Shown one piece after another: positions 61,887 through 64,000 of a stretch of DNA of 64,000 nucleotides; position 1 is the stretch's first letter; each line of letters begins with the position of its first letter. The translations under genes and the position numbers were made by a program. The notes under the pieces were generated by a model that did no database searches, was not told the DNA's origin, and saw only the letters and a program-made list of their open reading frames with translations. The stretch lies in contig NW_026889793.1 in assembly GCF_033153115.1 (NCBI RefSeq), forward strand, positions 2,294,001 to 2,358,000. The letters are read 5' to 3'. This DNA is from Saccostrea echinata. Its lineage: Eukaryota.

Positions 61887-62919
61887 ATATCGATCGAACA
61901 GTTCTTCTCATGGGGAAAAAGGCCATGAATTCTTAGAATTTAGAGTTTTAAACCAACCTGGTTAATTTGTTATAAAAATTGGAAGTTTCTACACCAAGCT
62001 AATCCTTCTCCATTCATGTGTGACAATTTTTTTTTGTTTGTTTTTTGTTTTGTTTGTTTTTTTTTCTTTTTAATTTATGAACTTTTTACATGTAAGATAT
62101 AGACAGTTGTCTGGTGTAATTCTGCGATTTGAAAAGAAGAAAAACAAAATTACTATAAAATAAAATTACATGTAGAAGCAGAGAATATTCTTTTGGGTTG
62201 ATTTTTTATTTAAATTTAGCAAATTTGAAGAAAGGATATTCAATGGGTTTTGATGAGAAGTTAGATTACAAATTTGATTTCATCAGTCAAAAGCTAGAAT
62301 CGAATGGTTTGTGCATTTTTAACTAAAACAAAATTGTAAAAATTACTCAAGGTGTTCCAATGCCAGAAAAAAAAACTGAATTCAGTCAATAGCGAATTTC
62401 TTCACTAGACCATCATCTGATGTGGGTCCATAATACATCTTTATTATTTGCATAATTACATGTATGCCGCATATAAATCACCTCTCCCTTCTAACATGTA
62501 CATTAATTAATTCGGTTAACATAATTTTCATTTTAATAGTTCTTGTTTAAAAAAAAATAATTTTTGAGTGATAATAGGTATTCTTTGTAGAATCGGTTTT
62601 TTTTTTTCATAAAAATTTCTCAAAATTAAAATTGCCGCACATGTACATGGGACAAGGCATATTCAGTCTATAGATTAGATAGAGCGGTAGCGAAATTTGT
62701 AAGAAACTGGGTACTTAATTCATTTCTGAGTGAGAAAATTAAATTAAGTTTGTGGATGGATGTTTCAGTTGGTATGCAAAGTTAAATTATTTTTTTTATC
62801 TAAGCAGTTATAGGACAATTTCCATTGAAATTTATAGCATTTTTCTGATTTAAAAATACAAAGTTTTTCATTCAGACATATTTTATGTACAATATAAAAA
62901 AAATAATAATAACAATTTA

Positions 62920-63156
62920 GGCCAAATTTGAAATAAAGTTTGTTTGCCCTCTCCCGACTCAAGATGAAAATTGGGTCGGTAGGCAGATGATTTTTTTCAC
63001 AGAAAATTTTCAAATCAAATAATGCTGAATCTTTAAAATCTATGTTCCGGAATGAATAAAAAAATAATCGTTTCCTGGAGGTTAAAAAAGTTTTGAGTCG
63101 GGCCCTTTTAGCCAATCGGTCGGGAAGGGCAACCAAACAATTTTTTAAAGATGGCC
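62920..63156. mobile_element. PIF/Harbinger-like MITE
   Basis: GGCCAAATT..GTTTGTTTGCCCTCTCCCGAC / GTCGGGAAGGGCAACCAAAC..ATGGCC with TTA on both flanks. Confidence 0.8.
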
Positions 63157-64000
63157 TTATATGATAAGATAAAAGATACAAAAATAAAGGGGGTACCTCT
63201 TCATATTTTATACTCAAATTGAATTTTAGTAATTTTTTTTTCGTATGGAACACTCTCTGGCCAATATCAAGTTGGTGACTCGACCTCGATTTTATAGAAA
63301 TCAATATTCTTCGTCATTCTCGGCGAAAAAGTAAAAAAAAAAAATGTGATCGTAGATTAATTGTTCTAATTCACAGGTGCTTGTGGACAGGACCACCCCC
63401 CTCCCCCTCCCCGGGTCAAAGGATATTTTTATTTGTCTTTTTTTTCCCATAAATTAATCTTCTAGTACAAATTTACAATGTAAATCCAAATGAAAAATAA
63501 ATGAAATAAAATACGTAGAATCAACGTTTTATTAAAAAAAAACAAAACAAAAAAAACAATAGCTGCAGTATTATATATAACGTTATGATTTTTTTTCACT
63601 GCTTCGTTAACTTGGATGGTTAAAATTTCTGCACTGGTCTGAAGCCAGACATAATTATGCAAAAAATACGGGCCTGAATTTAGACGAGGGTGCAGCCCCC
63701 CCCCCCCCCCTTTCCAAGGAGAAAGAATATAATATTATGTCATGCTAGTATTGCACATTTGTTGTTTGTTACATGAAGATGGTAGCAGACCTGTTTACTC
63801 TTACGATTTCGCCGTATTTTGTACGGATTTTGAGTCCAAAATACGTCTCACGTTTTGCTATAATGAAAATATGGAAATCGGAAAATCCTTTCATTTGGAT
63901 TTTAGCAGCTAGTTTTCATTATGATGTCTCATTTTGATGCTTTTTAATCGCGAAAAAAGAGAAAATTTTCTAACACTTAAGTGATGTCGGGTTGCCAAAA

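Noticed and set aside
62765-63304. 179-aa minus-strand ORF
   Set aside because: It runs through a MITE and AT-rich non-coding DNA, with no domain or coding-like composition.

Overview
AT-rich, intron-containing animal genomic DNA. The gene and repeat families resemble those of bivalve molluscs such as oysters; this taxon call is inferred, not proven. Five host gene models were reconstructed by hand, the three multi-exon ones from GT-AG splice sites with consistent phases. (1) CTU1 (cytoplasmic tRNA 2-thiolation protein 1): minus strand, 14 coding exons, 394 aa, 18866->3382. (2) A B-box/coiled-coil/NHL (RING-less TRIM-like) gene nested antisense in CTU1 intron 3, interrupted by one in-frame TGA. 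(3) An Olig-family bHLH gene with an intronless CDS (23187-23966), divergent from CTU1 and surrounded by CpG-retaining, motif-dense non-coding islands. (4) An uncharacterised gene with five coding exons (42173-47180, 683 aa) ending in a HECT-like domain that appears to lack the catalytic cysteine and carrying SUMO-site and SIM-like motifs. (5) A secreted CAP/SCP-family gene with six coding exons (55819-61886, 246 aa). The rest is a mosaic of transposon relics: a decayed LINE (1-2436), a foldback/MULE-like element with a 9-bp TSD, MITEs with TA, TTA/TAA and 8-bp TSDs, Helentron-type non-autonomous elements, a SINE 3' part, a Penelope-like 3' fragment and several large hairpins. The most promising leads are the pseudo-HECT gene, the nested TRIM allele with a single nonsense change, the Olig regulatory landscape and two CAGTGGCG-ended elements sharing an asymmetric target-site signature. 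No prokaryotic features or CRISPR arrays were seen.
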